From Pseudomonadota bacterium (lineage in GTDB: Bacteria > Pseudomonadota > Gammaproteobacteria > Burkholderiales > Rhodocyclaceae): a stretch of DNA of 64,000 nt. Positions 1-11,361 of this stretch are shown here, piece by piece. The notes beneath the pieces are model-generated. The model made no database searches. It had not been told where the DNA came from and saw only the letters and a program-made list of their open reading frames with translations. Both the position numbers and the translations under genes were made by a program. Position 1 is the stretch's first letter. Each line of letters opens with the position of its first letter. The DNA is taken from contig JBDKHF010000031.1 in NCBI GenBank assembly GCA_039797825.1, forward strand, positions 31,814 to 95,813. The letters run 5' to 3'.

Positions 1-580
1 CGTCGTTCTTGAGTGGGGCAGTTGCAATCGCCATCAGCTGGTTATTACGAATCCCCGTTCCATCGCGGTAACGCGTTACCGTGGTTTGCAAGTAAGGTAA
101 CTTCTGCCCGGCAATGCGCGGAATTTCGGCATTGCCACGCGCCTGTTCACCGTGGCAACGGACACATAACTTGCTGAATAATTCTTTGCCTTTGGCTGCA
201 AGAGCAGCATCGGCACGTGATGGCGGGACAGTCATGCTGGCATAAAACAATGAAATTTGCAGACGATCATCGTCTTTGAGCACTTTGATCAAGCCTTGCA
301 TAAAGGGATCTTTACGCTCGCCATTACCAAATTTACGAATCTGCTCAAGCAGGAAAGCCGGATTTTGTCCTGCGAGATTCGGGATTTCTGCTGACTTGCC
401 TATCCCCTCGTCACCGTGACAATTGGCGCAAAAAAATGCGGCCTTGCGACCGGCATCGACCGCGACTTTCAAAGCGGCCGGATCAGACTGGATCGATTTC
501 AAACGATCCAGCAAAGGAGTTTGTGCAGACGCCGCGCCACAGATAACCAACCAACCTGCCACCAGAAACCACGTCCGCAT
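1..580 (-). CDS. di-haem c-type cytochrome (cytochrome c4-like); 3' end runs off the window
   Basis: Absent from the ORF track because it has no stop inside the window. Reverse translation from ATG at 580-578 gives MRTWFLVAGWLVICGAASAQTP (signal-peptide-like). Two in-frame CXXCH haem motifs follow: CANCH (416-430) and CVRCH (152-166), 88 codons apart. Confidence 0.7.
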   Translation of the reverse strand, partial: MRTWFLVAGWLVICGAASAQTPLLDRLKSIQSDPAALKVAVDAGRKAAFFCANCHGDEGIGKSAEIPNLAGQNPAFLLEQIRKFGNGERKDPFMQGLIKVLKDDDRLQISLFYASMTVPPSRADAALAAKGKELFSKLCVRCHGEQARGNAEIPRIAGQKLPYLQTTVTRYRDGTGIRNNQLMAIATAPLKND

Positions 581-603
581 AATACCTCCGTAATAACTAC
601 CTA

Positions 604-2049
604 TTATGCCGTACCACCTACCGTCAGTCCATCAATCCGCAAGGTTGGCTGACCTACGCCGACCGGCACACTTTGCCCATCTTTGCCGCAAGTGCCGACG
701 CCCGGATCAAGCTTGAGGTCGTTACCGATCATCGAAACCCGGTTCATCGCCTCCGGACCGTTGCCGATCAACGTCGCCCCCTTGATCGGGCGCGTCACCC
801 TGCCATCTTCGATCAGATAAGCCTCGCTCATCGAAAAAACGAATTTTCCGCTGGTGATGTCAACCTGGCCGCCACCAAAATTGGCCGCGTAAATGCCTTT
901 TTTGACTGACTTGATGATTTCCTTTGGGTCGTGCTCGCCAGCCAGCATCATGGTGTTGGTCATGCGCGGTAGCGGCAAATGAGCGAAGGATTCGCGTCGA
1001 CCGTTGCCGGTTGGCGCCACACCCATCAGGCGAGCATTGAGGCTGTCCTGCATATAACCCTTGAGGATGCCATCTTCGATCAACACATTGCGCTGCGAGG
1101 GGTTGCCTTCATCATCAATGTTCAAAGAGCCACGCCGGTCGGCAATCGTGCCGTCATCAATCACGGTCACCCCTTTGGACGCGACGCGCTGGCCGATGCG
1201 ACCGCTGAAGGTGGAACTGCCCTTGCGGTTGAAATCGCCTTCCAGGCCATGGCCCACCGCTTCATGCAGCAGGATGCCCGGCCAACCGGCGCCCAGCACA
1301 ACCGTCATCTGGCCAGCCGGCGCGGCTTCGGCATTGAGGTTGGTGACCGCCTGATGCACGGCCTCTTTGGCGTAGCGCTGGAGAATTTCATCATCAAAGA
1401 AACCGAAATCGAAGCGCCCGCCACCGCCGGAACTGCCCTGCTCGCGTTTGCCGTTTTCTTCAACAATGACCGAAATCGAGCAGCGCACCAGCGGGCGGAT
1501 GTCGGCAGCCATGCGGCCATCCGAGCCAGCCACCAGGATCACCTCATATTCGCCGGCAATCGACGCCATGACTTGCAGAACGCGCGTATCTAGCCCACGG
1601 GCAAAGCCTTCAAGACGCTCAAGCAATTTAACTTTGGCTTCAGCCGGCAAGGAAGCAATCGGGTCGTGCGGTACGTAAAGACTGTGCCCGGCCGCGCCGT
1701 GTTTCAAGGCGGGCAATGAACCGCTCTGGCCCGCCGCGCCAATCGCGCGCACTGCAGAAGCGGCATCGGTCAGCGCCCGAAAGCTGATGTCGTCAGAGTA
1801 GGCAAAGGCGGTTTTTTCGCCGGAGATGGCGCGCACGCCAACCCCTTGATCGATATTGAAACTGCCCGATTTGACGATGCCCTCATCCAGGCTCCAGGCC
1901 TCGGAACGCGAATACTGAAAGTAGAGATCGGCGTAATCGACCTGATGCGTCAGGATGTGGCCAAAGGTGCGCGAAAGATCATTCTCGGTCAGCGAGAAAG
2001 GGGCGAGCAACAGGGATTCGGCCTGGGCCAGGGCGCTGTTTTGATTCAT
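604..2049 (-). CDS. tldD: metalloprotease TldD
   Basis: [11 protein letters not shown] zinc-protease motif and typical TldD length (481 aa) from ATG at 2049 (MNQNSALAQ...). The 512-aa track version starting at 2142 would overlap the upstream gene. Confidence 0.9.
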   Translation of the reverse strand: MNQNSALAQAESLLLAPFSLTENDLSRTFGHILTHQVDYADLYFQYSRSEAWSLDEGIVKSGSFNIDQGVGVRAISGEKTAFAYSDDISFRALTDAASAVRAIGAAGQSGSLPALKHGAAGHSLYVPHDPIASLPAEAKVKLLERLEGFARGLDTRVLQVMASIAGEYEVILVAGSDGRMAADIRPLVRCSISVIVEENGKREQGSSGGGGRFDFGFFDDEILQRYAKEAVHQAVTNLNAEAAPAGQMTVVLGAGWPGILLHEAVGHGLEGDFNRKGSSTFSGRIGQRVASKGVTVIDDGTIADRRGSLNIDDEGNPSQRNVLIEDGILKGYMQDSLNARLMGVAPTGNGRRESFAHLPLPRMTNTMMLAGEHDPKEIIKSVKKGIYAANFGGGQVDITSGKFVFSMSEAYLIEDGRVTRPIKGATLIGNGPEAMNRVSMIGNDLKLDPGVGTCGKDGQSVPVGVGQPTLRIDGLTVGGTA

Positions 2050-2059
2050 TAAAACTCCG

Positions 2060-2869
2060 TCAGAGAATACGGTGAGCGAGGGCCGGCAGGCTCTCGCGGA
2101 TTTCGGCGATACGGGCATGGTCGAGGTCAGCAATGACCACACCCGGCCCTTTCATTTTGCGATCGAGGATGTCACCCCACGGATCGATAATCATACTGTT
2201 ACCGTGCGTCATGCGGCCATTTTCGTGCTGGCCGCCTTGTCCGACGGCGAGCAGGTAGCATTGGTTCTCGATGGCGCGCGCCCGCAGCAGAATTTCCCAG
2301 TGGGCGCGGCCGGTTGTGTCGGTAAAGGCGGCGGGCATAAGGATCAGATCAACCGGCGCCAAGGCGCGGAATAACTCGGGAAAGCGCAGGTCGTAGCAGA
2401 TCGACAGGGCAACCCGACCAAAAGGCGTGTCGACCGCAGCCAGTTCGTTGCCGGCTTCGATAAAAGTGGCTTCGTCGTAGGACTCATCGCCTTTCTTGAA
2501 ACCGAATAGATGAATTTTGTCGTAACGCTTGACGCAAACGCCTTGCGGGTTGAAAACCAGGCTCGAATTGCGCATTTTGTCGGCAACGGTTGCGGTCAAC
2601 GGGATAGAACCGGCAAAAATCCAGATGCCGTGGCGCTGCGCCATTTCCGCCAACCAGTCCTGAATCGGCCCGTCACCAAAGTCTTCCCGCGCCCGCACGC
2701 GATCCGCATCGGCAGCGCCAATAATCGGGAAATATTCGGGTAGTGCGACCAGTTGGGCGCCCTGCGCGACTGCGCTTTCAATCAACTGGCCAGCGGTCGC
2801 CAGATTTTCGCCAACGCGTGGGCCGGAAACCATTTGCAGGGCAGCGATTCGACAATTTTGCTTGTTCAT
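2060..2869 (-). CDS. carbon-nitrogen hydrolase family protein (nitrilase/omega-amidase-like)
   Basis: Glu-Lys-Cys catalytic triad contexts LPEYF, KIHLF and [10 protein letters not shown]. 269 aa. Overlaps the upstream yhdP-like gene by 4 nt. Confidence 0.85.
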   Translation of the reverse strand: MNKQNCRIAALQMVSGPRVGENLATAGQLIESAVAQGAQLVALPEYFPIIGAADADRVRAREDFGDGPIQDWLAEMAQRHGIWIFAGSIPLTATVADKMRNSSLVFNPQGVCVKRYDKIHLFGFKKGDESYDEATFIEAGNELAAVDTPFGRVALSICYDLRFPELFRALAPVDLILMPAAFTDTTGRAHWEILLRARAIENQCYLLAVGQGGQHENGRMTHGNSMIIDPWGDILDRKMKGPGVVIADLDHARIAEIRESLPALAHRIL

Positions 2870-5800
2870 TCCTTGCTTTCTTCCTTGGTTTCATCAGGCG
2901 GATTGACCTGAGCGCTCGGTCGTATCTCCTCGCTTTGCCCCGCCTTGTCGACCAAGGGCTCGCTCCAGGTGCCCGTGACGTGATAGCGATAGCTGAACAA
3001 GCGGTTAAGTGGATTCTGGATCACGCTGCTCGCCAGCAAAGTTGCTGCGCCGGCGACCGGATTGATCAGCGCCATACCGACAGCCGCGACCGCCCCCAAC
3101 TCCGGGCGCACAATAACGCGCATGTCCTGGGTTTCATTCTTGAGATCAACCTCGCCCGCCATCTCGATCTGCGCCGCCGGGCCTTTGATGCGTAACGGAT
3201 CATTTGTTCGCATCATGCCTTTTTTCACGTTGAGCTTGCCCTCGATACTGTCAAAAGCCAGTCCATCGCTGAAGACATCGCGGAAATCAAGGCTGATCCG
3301 CCGCGACAGCGACTGCAGGGAAAGCAGGCCGAGCAGTTTGCCGACCCCTGGTTCGAGCTTGTTGAATTGCCCTTTTTCAGCATTGAGCAGCAGCTTGCCG
3401 CTCAGCGTCGGATAGTGAATCGTCGTGGGTGGACCATCCCATTCCAGGCTGCCGCTCAAGCCCCCCGTGCCACGTTTGACACCGTCGCCGTAGCCCAGGC
3501 GCTCAAGCAGTTTGCCGATATCACTGGCAGCCAGATCAAAATCCAGCCGCATTTGCTGCCGCCCCTTGTTCTGCCAGACACCGTGGCTGCGCAAAACCCC
3601 ATCCGGATTTTTGATATTCAAGGTATCGAGCTGCCAGGCGCCTTTGTCGTTACGTGCCTTCAACTCCAGTTGCCCCATCTGTTTTTCGCCCAGATAAAGC
3701 TCGTCGACCGCCAGCGTCATGCTCGGCAAACTATTGATCAGCGGATTGACTGGCGCGCCAACCGCCTCGACGGTCGGACGCAAGACCAGGCGACGCAGGC
3801 GACCTTCCAACGTGCCTTCGCCGGCACTGCGCCAGACCAGATCACCGACCGCTTCGCGCATATTGACGCCAATCTGCCAGCCGCCTTCACGCGGGCGCAG
3901 CGTTAAATCCGCCTGACTGAAATCACGCCCCAGCAGGTGCAACTTGGGGGTTTTGATTGCTACTAGCGACAAGGCAAAATCACTTTGCGCGCCCCCCGGT
4001 GCAGCGTCGCCAGAAAACAAATCCTTCCACGGATCGGCATTAAAGCGTGGTGCCGAAACCATCACTGCCAGGCCTTTTTCGGGCAAGCGCAACTCGCCCT
4101 CACCAAGCGCGATCACTGTTTTTTCCGCACGCATTTCCTTGCCATCGTGACGCCGCAAGAGCAATGCCTGGGCGATTTTGTTACCGACCGTAATCTTGTA
4201 TTGCTCACGCGTGGCATCCGGCGCGCTCCGCTCAATCCGCAACGGCCAACTCAATTCCGCGGCTTTGTTGAGCGGCTCAGGCAAGCTGGCACTAATCCCG
4301 GTCAACGGCGATTCGATAACAAAATCAGCATTGCGCCCACGAATATCGATGTTGGCTGTCCATGTCGAGCTACCTGCCAGATGCTCCATCAACGGCCAGC
4401 GGAAATGTTTTTGCAGCTCAGGTGCTTTGGCCGTACCCGATGCCTGAATACCGACCTTGCCAGTTTCGCTCTTGACCACCACCTTGAGCGACCCACCGAA
4501 AACCTGGCCGACCATATCCGTCGCCACAATCGATTTCTCAGTAATCGCCAGGCGGCCACTGACGCCGGTAATCGTCGGCAGCGCCGAAACCACATCAACC
4601 TGATTATTCTGCAACTGATAATCGGCGCGCAGCCTGGCCTCATGCGTTCGCCGCAGGGGCAGATCAAGCAGCAGATCAAGCTTGCCGTTACCCTTGGCTT
4701 TCATGCTTTCGGTAAAACCATCAATCATTTTGCTAACCGGGCTTTGCTCGATAAAACGCAAAAACTCGCTGGTCGGACCACTGGCATGCCCGCGAACCCG
4801 CAACTGTTCATCCATCGACTCAAAATCCGGGATCTCAACCGTCACATCGGATACTTTGGCACCCAACATCGTGCCCTTGGCGGAATCAACTTTTACCCCG
4901 ACACCAAAGCTGAGATTGGCTTCGATGTTATCAACCATAGGCCAGCCACTGGTGTAATCGACCTTGCCTTCGCTGGCTTTGACGGTGACCAGAAACTTAC
5001 CCTTGGCCGGGTCGCGGAAGGGAAAATCAGCCAGATCGCCCTTCAGCGTCAGTCGGCCATCGTGCCCCTTGCCAGCGAGAACCCCCAGGCGGACCCAGTC
5101 ACGCGCACCGACACTGACCGAATGCGGCAAATAGCGCCAGACAATACGCGCGTCGGCACGTTTGATGTCGGCGGAAAGATCAATGATCCCCGGGCCATTG
5201 CCGGTATACAAATAAGTGCCGCTGGCACTCGCCGCCGCACCGGCGCCTTCAAATTGCAAACGCTCCAGCTTGAGCGCTAGACCGCTGTCTTGCGCCTTCC
5301 AGGAAACACGCGCCTTGAGCAGGTCAAAATCAGTCGTCGGCTCGGGGAAAATAGCGGGCAAGGAAATACTCGATTTGCCGGCATCCAATGAAATTTCCCC
5401 GGCTTTTTCATTGACATCAAGCATGCCGGCCAAGCCATTGGCGCCAGGAAAATAGCCCCCCGCCTGCATGCCAAGATTGGTAAAACTGGCCTTCAGGGCA
5501 TAGCGTTCGAGTTTTTCATCAGCCAGTTCCCAACTGGTCCGCAACTCGGCAATGCGCCCCTCGGGGTGATGCTTGACCAGCAACTGCCGGCTCTGCGCAT
5601 CCAGTGGCAAGTAGGCGGCCAGGCGACCCAGTACCGCAAGATCGAGAAAAGTAGCGCTGGCACTGCCGACATTGCGATCAAGATCAGAATGCTGCCAGGC
5701 CAGCTGAAAATCAGTCGGCGCAACCCGAATGCCATCCAGCGTCTGCAACTCAACTTTGCGCCCGATGATGACGCGCTCCTTGCCTTTATAGCTCGCTTCA

Positions 5801-6768
5801 ATCCGCCCCCGCATACTGGACAGATCCAGCTCCGGCAAATTTTTCCCGAAGCGGACGCGCAAGTCTTCAAGAGCCACATCCGCCGTCAGCTTGCCGCCAC
5901 CATCGGCCAGATCACCCCAAATCCGCAAAGCGCCGCGCCCTTGCGGGAGATGAATCGGGTAATCAACCCACTTTCGCCAGGCCGCCAGATCAGCGTAATC
6001 AAGCTCGACAAAAATCCGCCCGGCCAGCTGCTCAAGCGCTTCGCCAAGATCGCCCTTGATCTCGCCACGAATATCGATACGTGCCGCCAGACTACTCGGT
6101 GGCGCCGCAGAAAGGCCGAAACGATGGCGGCGTCCACGGTTATCGAGGCCAAACTGTAAATCCTCAAGCACCAGCGGCGGCGCTTTGCGCAGGCGATCAT
6201 CCCAGACAATCGTCGCATTGCGTACGCGAATATGTGGCTGCTCCAGCAACCACTCGGCCAGCGCCGGATCACTTTCGCCTTCGGCATCCACCCCGGCCAG
6301 CGTAATTTTTCCATTGGCGTCACGGCGCACATGCAACACCGCACCATCAAAAGCCAGCAAGGACAAGGTCGGGCGCAAACGAACCAGGCTTTGCCAGGAA
6401 AGCACACTTTCCACTTGCTGCAGCGTAAATGCTGGCGCTCCCTGTTTATCGAAAATGGTGACTTCGTCGAGCACCAGATCCGGGTTCAAGCCGCTCCAGC
6501 GCGCCGTAATTTTGCCGATTTTTACCGGTTGACCGACCGCATTGCTTGCCGCCTGCTCAATCTTGGCCTGGTAGTCGCCCACCTTGGGCAGCACCACATA
6601 ACGCAAGGCCAAGACCAGCGCAACAAACAACAACCAACCGACCAGCATGGTCCAACCCAGCACGCGCAAGCCGCGCCCAACCCCCGGTTTGGCCAGCCAC
6701 GGCCAAAGGTAATGCAAGCGGTAATAGATACCGGCACGCAGCTCGCGTTTATCCACGCGGCAAACCAC
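2866..6768 (-). CDS. yhdP: YhdP-family (AsmA-like) large envelope protein
   Basis: 1300 aa with an N-terminal TM anchor (LVGWLLFVALVLALRYVVL) followed by a long repetitive beta-rich periplasmic region. It sits in the glnE-divergent position upstream of the C-N hydrolase and tldD that I recall for betaproteobacteria. GTG start, so the start is uncertain. Confidence 0.8.
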   Translation of the reverse strand: MVCRVDKRELRAGIYYRLHYLWPWLAKPGVGRGLRVLGWTMLVGWLLFVALVLALRYVVLPKVGDYQAKIEQAASNAVGQPVKIGKITARWSGLNPDLVLDEVTIFDKQGAPAFTLQQVESVLSWQSLVRLRPTLSLLAFDGAVLHVRRDANGKITLAGVDAEGESDPALAEWLLEQPHIRVRNATIVWDDRLRKAPPLVLEDLQFGLDNRGRRHRFGLSAAPPSSLAARIDIRGEIKGDLGEALEQLAGRIFVELDYADLAAWRKWVDYPIHLPQGRGALRIWGDLADGGGKLTADVALEDLRVRFGKNLPELDLSSMRGRIEASYKGKERVIIGRKVELQTLDGIRVAPTDFQLAWQHSDLDRNVGSASATFLDLAVLGRLAAYLPLDAQSRQLLVKHHPEGRIAELRTSWELADEKLERYALKASFTNLGMQAGGYFPGANGLAGMLDVNEKAGEISLDAGKSSISLPAIFPEPTTDFDLLKARVSWKAQDSGLALKLERLQFEGAGAAASASGTYLYTGNGPGIIDLSADIKRADARIVWRYLPHSVSVGARDWVRLGVLAGKGHDGRLTLKGDLADFPFRDPAKGKFLVTVKASEGKVDYTSGWPMVDNIEANLSFGVGVKVDSAKGTMLGAKVSDVTVEIPDFESMDEQLRVRGHASGPTSEFLRFIEQSPVSKMIDGFTESMKAKGNGKLDLLLDLPLRRTHEARLRADYQLQNNQVDVVSALPTITGVSGRLAITEKSIVATDMVGQVFGGSLKVVVKSETGKVGIQASGTAKAPELQKHFRWPLMEHLAGSSTWTANIDIRGRNADFVIESPLTGISASLPEPLNKAAELSWPLRIERSAPDATREQYKITVGNKIAQALLLRRHDGKEMRAEKTVIALGEGELRLPEKGLAVMVSAPRFNADPWKDLFSGDAAPGGAQSDFALSLVAIKTPKLHLLGRDFSQADLTLRPREGGWQIGVNMREAVGDLVWRSAGEGTLEGRLRRLVLRPTVEAVGAPVNPLINSLPSMTLAVDELYLGEKQMGQLELKARNDKGAWQLDTLNIKNPDGVLRSHGVWQNKGRQQMRLDFDLAASDIGKLLERLGYGDGVKRGTGGLSGSLEWDGPPTTIHYPTLSGKLLLNAEKGQFNKLEPGVGKLLGLLSLQSLSRRISLDFRDVFSDGLAFDSIEGKLNVKKGMMRTNDPLRIKGPAAQIEMAGEVDLKNETQDMRVIVRPELGAVAAVGMALINPVAGAATLLASSVIQNPLNRLFSYRYHVTGTWSEPLVDKAGQSEEIRPSAQVNPPDETKEESKE

Positions 6769-6860
6769 TTTGCAATATTGGGGGGTAGATCACTAGAATG
6801 GGGAATTCAGCAAAACTCTAATTCTATCCTTTTCGGCCCAAGCGCCGCCCGGGGAATCCC

Positions 6861-9575
6861 ATGCAACACACAATCGACCCACGCTGGCAAGCAGCGCTGG
6901 ACCACAGCACCTACCTGAACAACCTGCTCAAATGCCGCCCCGCACTGATTCCCGAGCTGGCCGCCACCTGGCATCAGGCACTCTCGGAAGACATGCTGCT
7001 CAACCCGCTCAAGCAGGCGTTTGCCGATGACGATGCGGTCAAGTCGGCATTGCGCTGCCTGCGTCATCGCGCGATGGCCCATATGGCCCTGCGCGACCTG
7101 TGCGGACTGGCACCACTGACCGAAATTGTCGAAAGCATGACCATGCTGGCCGATGTGACGACCAATTTCGTGCTCGATTATTACCATCGTCAGCTCGTCG
7201 CCAACTATGGCGAACCGCTCGACAAGGCGGGCCAGGCGCAGCGCCTGTTGATCATCGGCATGGGCAAGCTCGGAGGTCGCGAACTGAATGTTTCCTCGGA
7301 CGTTGATTACATTTTCGTTTATCCCGAAGAAGGCGACACCAACGGTGCGCGGAGCATCGAAAATTACGATTTCTTCACCCGACTCGGCAAAAGAATTATC
7401 AGTGCGCTTGGCGAGTTGACCGCAGATGGCCAGGTTTTCCGTGTCGATATGCGCTTGCGCCCGAATGGCGACTCCGGCCCACTGGTTTGCTCGCTTGATG
7501 CGCTGGAAAACTATTTCATCACCCAGGGCCGCGAGTGGGAACGCTACGCCTGGATCAAATCACGAGTCATGAATTCTGGCCCCAACGCCGAAGGCGCGGC
7601 GCTCGGTGAATGGATGCTGGCGCTGCGTCGAATTTCGCGCCCCTTTGTCTTCCGTAAATACCTCGACTTTGGCGCGATCAATGCGATGCGCGACCTACAC
7701 GCGCAAATTCGCCGTGAAGTAGCACGCAAGGACAAGGTTGACCACATCAAGCTCGGCCCCGGCGGCATTCGTGAAATTGAATTTATCGCCCAGGTCTTTC
7801 AACTAATCCGGGGTGGGCGCGACTCGGCCCTGCAAATCCGCCCGACGCTATCAGTGCTCAAACTCCTCGCCGAGCGCAAGCTGATCCCGCCCGAAACCGA
7901 AAGCGAGTTGCGCGAAGCGTATGTTTTCCTGCGTCGTGTCGAACACCGCCTGCAATATGTGGAAGACAAACAAACCCACATGCTGCCCGAAGCCGAAGAT
8001 GCCCGCGCCAGCCTGGCATGCAGTATGGATTACGCTGACTGGCCGGCACTGCTGGTCGTCCTCAACCAGCATCGCGAAAAAGTCAGCCGCCATTTTGGCG
8101 AGATATTCTCCGATCCTGAGGCGGGCGAACACCCACTAACCGGCGTCTGGCTGGGCCAGCACGACGAAGATACCACCCTTGAAACGCTCGGCAATCTGGG
8201 CTATCGCCAGCCGCATGAGGCGATCACCCGTCTTGCCGAACTACGTAGCTCAAACCGCTATTTGCAATTACCGACGACCAATCGCTCGCGTCTTGATGCC
8301 GTCGGCCCACGTCTGATCGAAGCCGCTGGCGCGACCAGCAACCCCGACACCACCTTTGCCCGCGGCTTGAATTTCCTCGAAGGGATAAGCCGCCGTGGCG
8401 CTTATCTTGCCTTGTTGCAGCAATACCCGATGGCGCTGCGGCGCGTCGCCGACATGATGTGCGCCTCGTTCTGGGCGGCGGAATATCTCAATCGTCACCC
8501 GCTGTTGCTCGACGAATTGCTCGACCCACGCCTTTACGAAATTGCCACCAACTGGGCCGGCTTCCGTGAAAACTTGCGCCAGACACTGGCCGAACACGCC
8601 GGTGATACCGAGCGCGAAATGGACATTCTGCGCGAAACCCATCACGCCCAGGTTTTCCGCTTGCTGGCGCAGGATCTGGCCGGCCTGCAAACCATCGAAC
8701 ACCTCTCCGACCACCTCACCGAACTGGCCGATACCCTCGTTCAGGAAACCCTGCCGCTTTGTTGGGAAACAATCAAAAAACGCCATTGTGCGACGCCCAA
8801 ATTCGCTGTCATCGGCTACGGAAAAATGGGCGGCAAGGAGCTTGGTTACGCGTCTGATCTCGACATGGTTTACCTGTTCGATGACGACGACCAGGATGCC
8901 GAGGAAAACTACAATCGCCTCGGCCAGCGCCTCAACACCTGGCTATCGAGCCAGACTTCTGCCGGAATTCTGTTTGAAACCGACCTTCGCCTACGCCCGA
9001 ATGGTGATTCCGGCCTGCTCGCCGTCTCGGTCGATGCTTTCCGCGATTACCAGTTGAAACACGCCTGGGTCTGGGAGCATCAGGCGCTCAGCCGCGCCCG
9101 TTTCTGCGCTGGCGATCCGGCGGTTGGCGAGCGCTTTGAGGCAATCCGCTGCGAAATTCTGCGCCAACAGCGCGATCTGGCCAAACTACGCGAAGAAGTT
9201 ATCGCCATGCGGCGCAAAATGCTCGATGCCCACGCCTCGCACAGCGAAGATGAATTCGACCTTAAACAAGACCCCGGCGGGATTATTGATGTCGAGTTCA
9301 TCGTCCAATACCTGGTGCTTGGCTACGCCCACCAGCATGGCGAATTGACCGGCAACCTCGGCAATATCGCGCTGCTGCGCATCGCTGGCGAACTTGGTCT
9401 GATCCCGCCAGAGCAAGCCGCCGCAGTCGGCAATGCCTACCGCGAATACCGCCGCCTGCAACACGCCAAGCGATTGAATGCCAATCCACAAGCGCGCAAT
9501 GATCGCGAAAGTCTGGAAAAACATATTGTTGCGGTCAACCAGCTTTGGCTGGCGATTTTTGGTGAGGGCAATTAG
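6861..9575 (+). CDS. glnE: bifunctional glutamine synthetase adenylyltransferase/adenylyl-removing enzyme
   Basis: 904 aa with two duplicated nucleotidyltransferase halves (GMGKLGGRELNVSSDVDYIFVY and GYGKMGGKELGYASDLDMVYLF). Confidence 0.93.
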   Translation: MQHTIDPRWQAALDHSTYLNNLLKCRPALIPELAATWHQALSEDMLLNPLKQAFADDDAVKSALRCLRHRAMAHMALRDLCGLAPLTEIVESMTMLADVTTNFVLDYYHRQLVANYGEPLDKAGQAQRLLIIGMGKLGGRELNVSSDVDYIFVYPEEGDTNGARSIENYDFFTRLGKRIISALGELTADGQVFRVDMRLRPNGDSGPLVCSLDALENYFITQGREWERYAWIKSRVMNSGPNAEGAALGEWMLALRRISRPFVFRKYLDFGAINAMRDLHAQIRREVARKDKVDHIKLGPGGIREIEFIAQVFQLIRGGRDSALQIRPTLSVLKLLAERKLIPPETESELREAYVFLRRVEHRLQYVEDKQTHMLPEAEDARASLACSMDYADWPALLVVLNQHREKVSRHFGEIFSDPEAGEHPLTGVWLGQHDEDTTLETLGNLGYRQPHEAITRLAELRSSNRYLQLPTTNRSRLDAVGPRLIEAAGATSNPDTTFARGLNFLEGISRRGAYLALLQQYPMALRRVADMMCASFWAAEYLNRHPLLLDELLDPRLYEIATNWAGFRENLRQTLAEHAGDTEREMDILRETHHAQVFRLLAQDLAGLQTIEHLSDHLTELADTLVQETLPLCWETIKKRHCATPKFAVIGYGKMGGKELGYASDLDMVYLFDDDDQDAEENYNRLGQRLNTWLSSQTSAGILFETDLRLRPNGDSGLLAVSVDAFRDYQLKHAWVWEHQALSRARFCAGDPAVGERFEAIRCEILRQQRDLAKLREEVIAMRRKMLDAHASHSEDEFDLKQDPGGIIDVEFIVQYLVLGYAHQHGELTGNLGNIALLRIAGELGLIPPEQAAAVGNAYREYRRLQHAKRLNANPQARNDRESLEKHIVAVNQLWLAIFGEGN

Positions 9576-9669
9576 CAGTTCTGCCCCCCTGTAATTTGAC
9601 ACCTGTCACAAATCTGTCTTTTAAGGGAGAATCGCGGGCCAAAAAACTAAAACACAATTGGAAGAGACC

Positions 9670-10788
9670 ATGTTTTTCAAAAAAGCCCAGCGGATTGCAG
9701 CGCTTGAAAATGAGTTGTCTGCAGCAAGATCACGTGAACAAGCATTGTCTTTGCAAATTGATCAACTCAGGGCTGCGCAAAGCGCCTACGAACAAGCCGC
9801 CAGCGACAAAAACCTTGAATGCGACACCCTGAAAGCCATCCTGCGCAATCTGGCGATGTTCGGCGATACGCTATCCGGGTCGCAAATTAGCCTGGCGCAA
9901 ATGGCTAACCTGCTCAAGGAAGAAAAAATCCAGGCGGTCGAAGCAGCGGAAGTCTCGATCAGCAGCGGCCAGGCGACCACCGAAATCTCCTCGAACCTGC
10001 ATCAATTGGCGGAAAACTCAGCCAACACGGCAAAAAAAGTGGATGCGCTGGCGCAACAAGCCAGCGAAATCAATTCGATTGTGCAGTTGATCCACGAAAT
10101 TGCCGACCAAACCAACCTTCTCGCTCTCAATGCGGCGATTGAAGCGGCACGGGCCGGCGAAGCCGGACGCGGTTTCGCCGTGGTTGCCGACGAAGTCAGA
10201 AAACTGGCGGAGCGCACGGCCAAGGCGACCAAGGATATTGCCGGGCTGGTGATTGGGATTCGCGACAATTCCAACCTGGCAAAGAATGCGATGGAAGCGC
10301 TCTCCAGCTCTGCCGATGACTACAGCAAGCGCGGCAACAAGGCGACCGAGGACATGCAACGGTTGATGGGGCTATCGCGAAAAATGGAAGAAATCATCGC
10401 TGGCAGCGCCCTGAAAAGCTTTATCGAGGTCGCCAAGGTGGACCATCTGGTATTCAAATTCCGCATATATCTCGGGCTCTTCGGGCTGGAGGATGTTGCG
10501 CCGCATCAGGTCAGCGGCCACACCGCCTGCCGCCTGGGTAAATGGTATTACGAGGGCGAGGGCCGGGAATGTTTCAGCCAGTTAGCCGGCTACCGTGAAA
10601 TCGAGGCGCCGCACGTCGAAGTCCATCAACGTGGCATTTCATCGCTGGAAGCAAAAATCCGTGGTGATTTACCCGGCATGCTGCGCGACGTCGAAGCGAT
10701 GGAAAAAGCCAGCCTGCGTGTCATCGAAAACCTGCAGCGCATGGCTGATAGCGGCCTGAGCGACCCTGCCCTGCTCTGCCACAATTAA
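9670..10788 (+). CDS. soluble methyl-accepting chemotaxis-type protein with C-terminal CZB (chemoreceptor zinc-binding) domain
   Basis: Conserved MCP hairpin tip ([40 protein letters not shown]). No TM segment. C-terminal [16 protein letters not shown] pattern typical of CZB. ATG at 9670 has a GGAAGAG SD; the track starts at TTG 9658. Confidence 0.8.
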   Translation: MFFKKAQRIAALENELSAARSREQALSLQIDQLRAAQSAYEQAASDKNLECDTLKAILRNLAMFGDTLSGSQISLAQMANLLKEEKIQAVEAAEVSISSGQATTEISSNLHQLAENSANTAKKVDALAQQASEINSIVQLIHEIADQTNLLALNAAIEAARAGEAGRGFAVVADEVRKLAERTAKATKDIAGLVIGIRDNSNLAKNAMEALSSSADDYSKRGNKATEDMQRLMGLSRKMEEIIAGSALKSFIEVAKVDHLVFKFRIYLGLFGLEDVAPHQVSGHTACRLGKWYYEGEGRECFSQLAGYREIEAPHVEVHQRGISSLEAKIRGDLPGMLRDVEAMEKASLRVIENLQRMADSGLSDPALLCHN

Positions 10789-10813
10789 TCCTGAACTCGG
10801 TTCAGGACAGGCG

Positions 10814-10843
10814 AAAAAAAACCGCAATCATGCGGTTTTTTTT
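10814..10843. terminator. bidirectional rho-independent terminator between convergent MCP-like gene and mscL
   Basis: A8 run, stem CCGCA (10822-10826) / TGCGG (10831-10835) with a 4-nt loop, then a T8 run. It can work on both strands. Confidence 0.6.
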
Positions 10844-10856
10844 CCTTGAAAATTCC

Positions 10857-11285
10857 TTATTTTTTCAGTGAGTCGCGAATCTCGCGCAGCAGCATGACAT
10901 CTTCCGGCGTTGCCGGCGCTTCTGGCGCAGCAGCAGGGGCTGCCGGAGTACGCAAGCGATTGAGTTGCTTGACCATCATGAAAATAATGAAAGCCAGAAT
11001 AACGAAATTGACCAGAATGGTCAGGAAATTACCGTAGGCAAAAACGCCGATCCCGGCTTTCTTCAATTCAGTCAAGGTCGTCAGATTGTTCGGGTTGTTG
11101 CCAAGCACGACGAAGAGGTTGGAAAAGTCAAGATTGCCGATCAATCGACCAACCAGCGGCATGATTAAATCGCCAACAATCGAGTCGACAATTTTGCCGA
11201 AAGCGCCGCCGACAATGACGCCAACGGCGAGATCCATTGCATTGCCCTTGACCGCAAATTCCTTGAATTCCTGAAGCATGCTCAT
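10857..11285 (-). CDS. mscL: large-conductance mechanosensitive channel
   Basis: 142 aa. N-terminus [33 protein letters not shown] is the canonical MscL signature. Confidence 0.92.
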   Translation of the reverse strand: MSMLQEFKEFAVKGNAMDLAVGVIVGGAFGKIVDSIVGDLIMPLVGRLIGNLDFSNLFVVLGNNPNNLTTLTELKKAGIGVFAYGNFLTILVNFVILAFIIFMMVKQLNRLRTPAAPAAAPEAPATPEDVMLLREIRDSLKK

Positions 11286-11361
11286 GCTATTAACCCTCTG
11301 AAAATTTGTAATGCGCGATCATCGGCGAGCGATCAAACATCGTCAAGCCTGCACGCATAAT

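Noticed and set aside
3985-5280. 431-aa plus-strand ORF, and many other 60-230 aa ORFs, antisense to the yhdP-like gene (2866-6768)
   Set aside because: These are Arg/Pro/Gly/Ala-rich shadow ORFs typical of the antisense strand of high-G+C genes. They have no recognisable motifs and lie entirely within a well-supported 1300-aa gene.
9529-9538. Decamer TTGCGGTCAA / TTGACCGCAA found at least six times (9529, 12533, 46413, 52149, 59863, 61363), more than a random 10-mer should be in 64 kb
   Set aside because: Most copies lie inside coding regions on different strands and in different frames, several encoding Ala-Val-Asn-type peptides (for example the EAL-domain AVNVS). Codon and composition bias is therefore a sufficient explanation. 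I selected it post hoc and cannot run genome-wide k-mer statistics. A genome-wide over-representation test against a codon-shuffled null would settle it.
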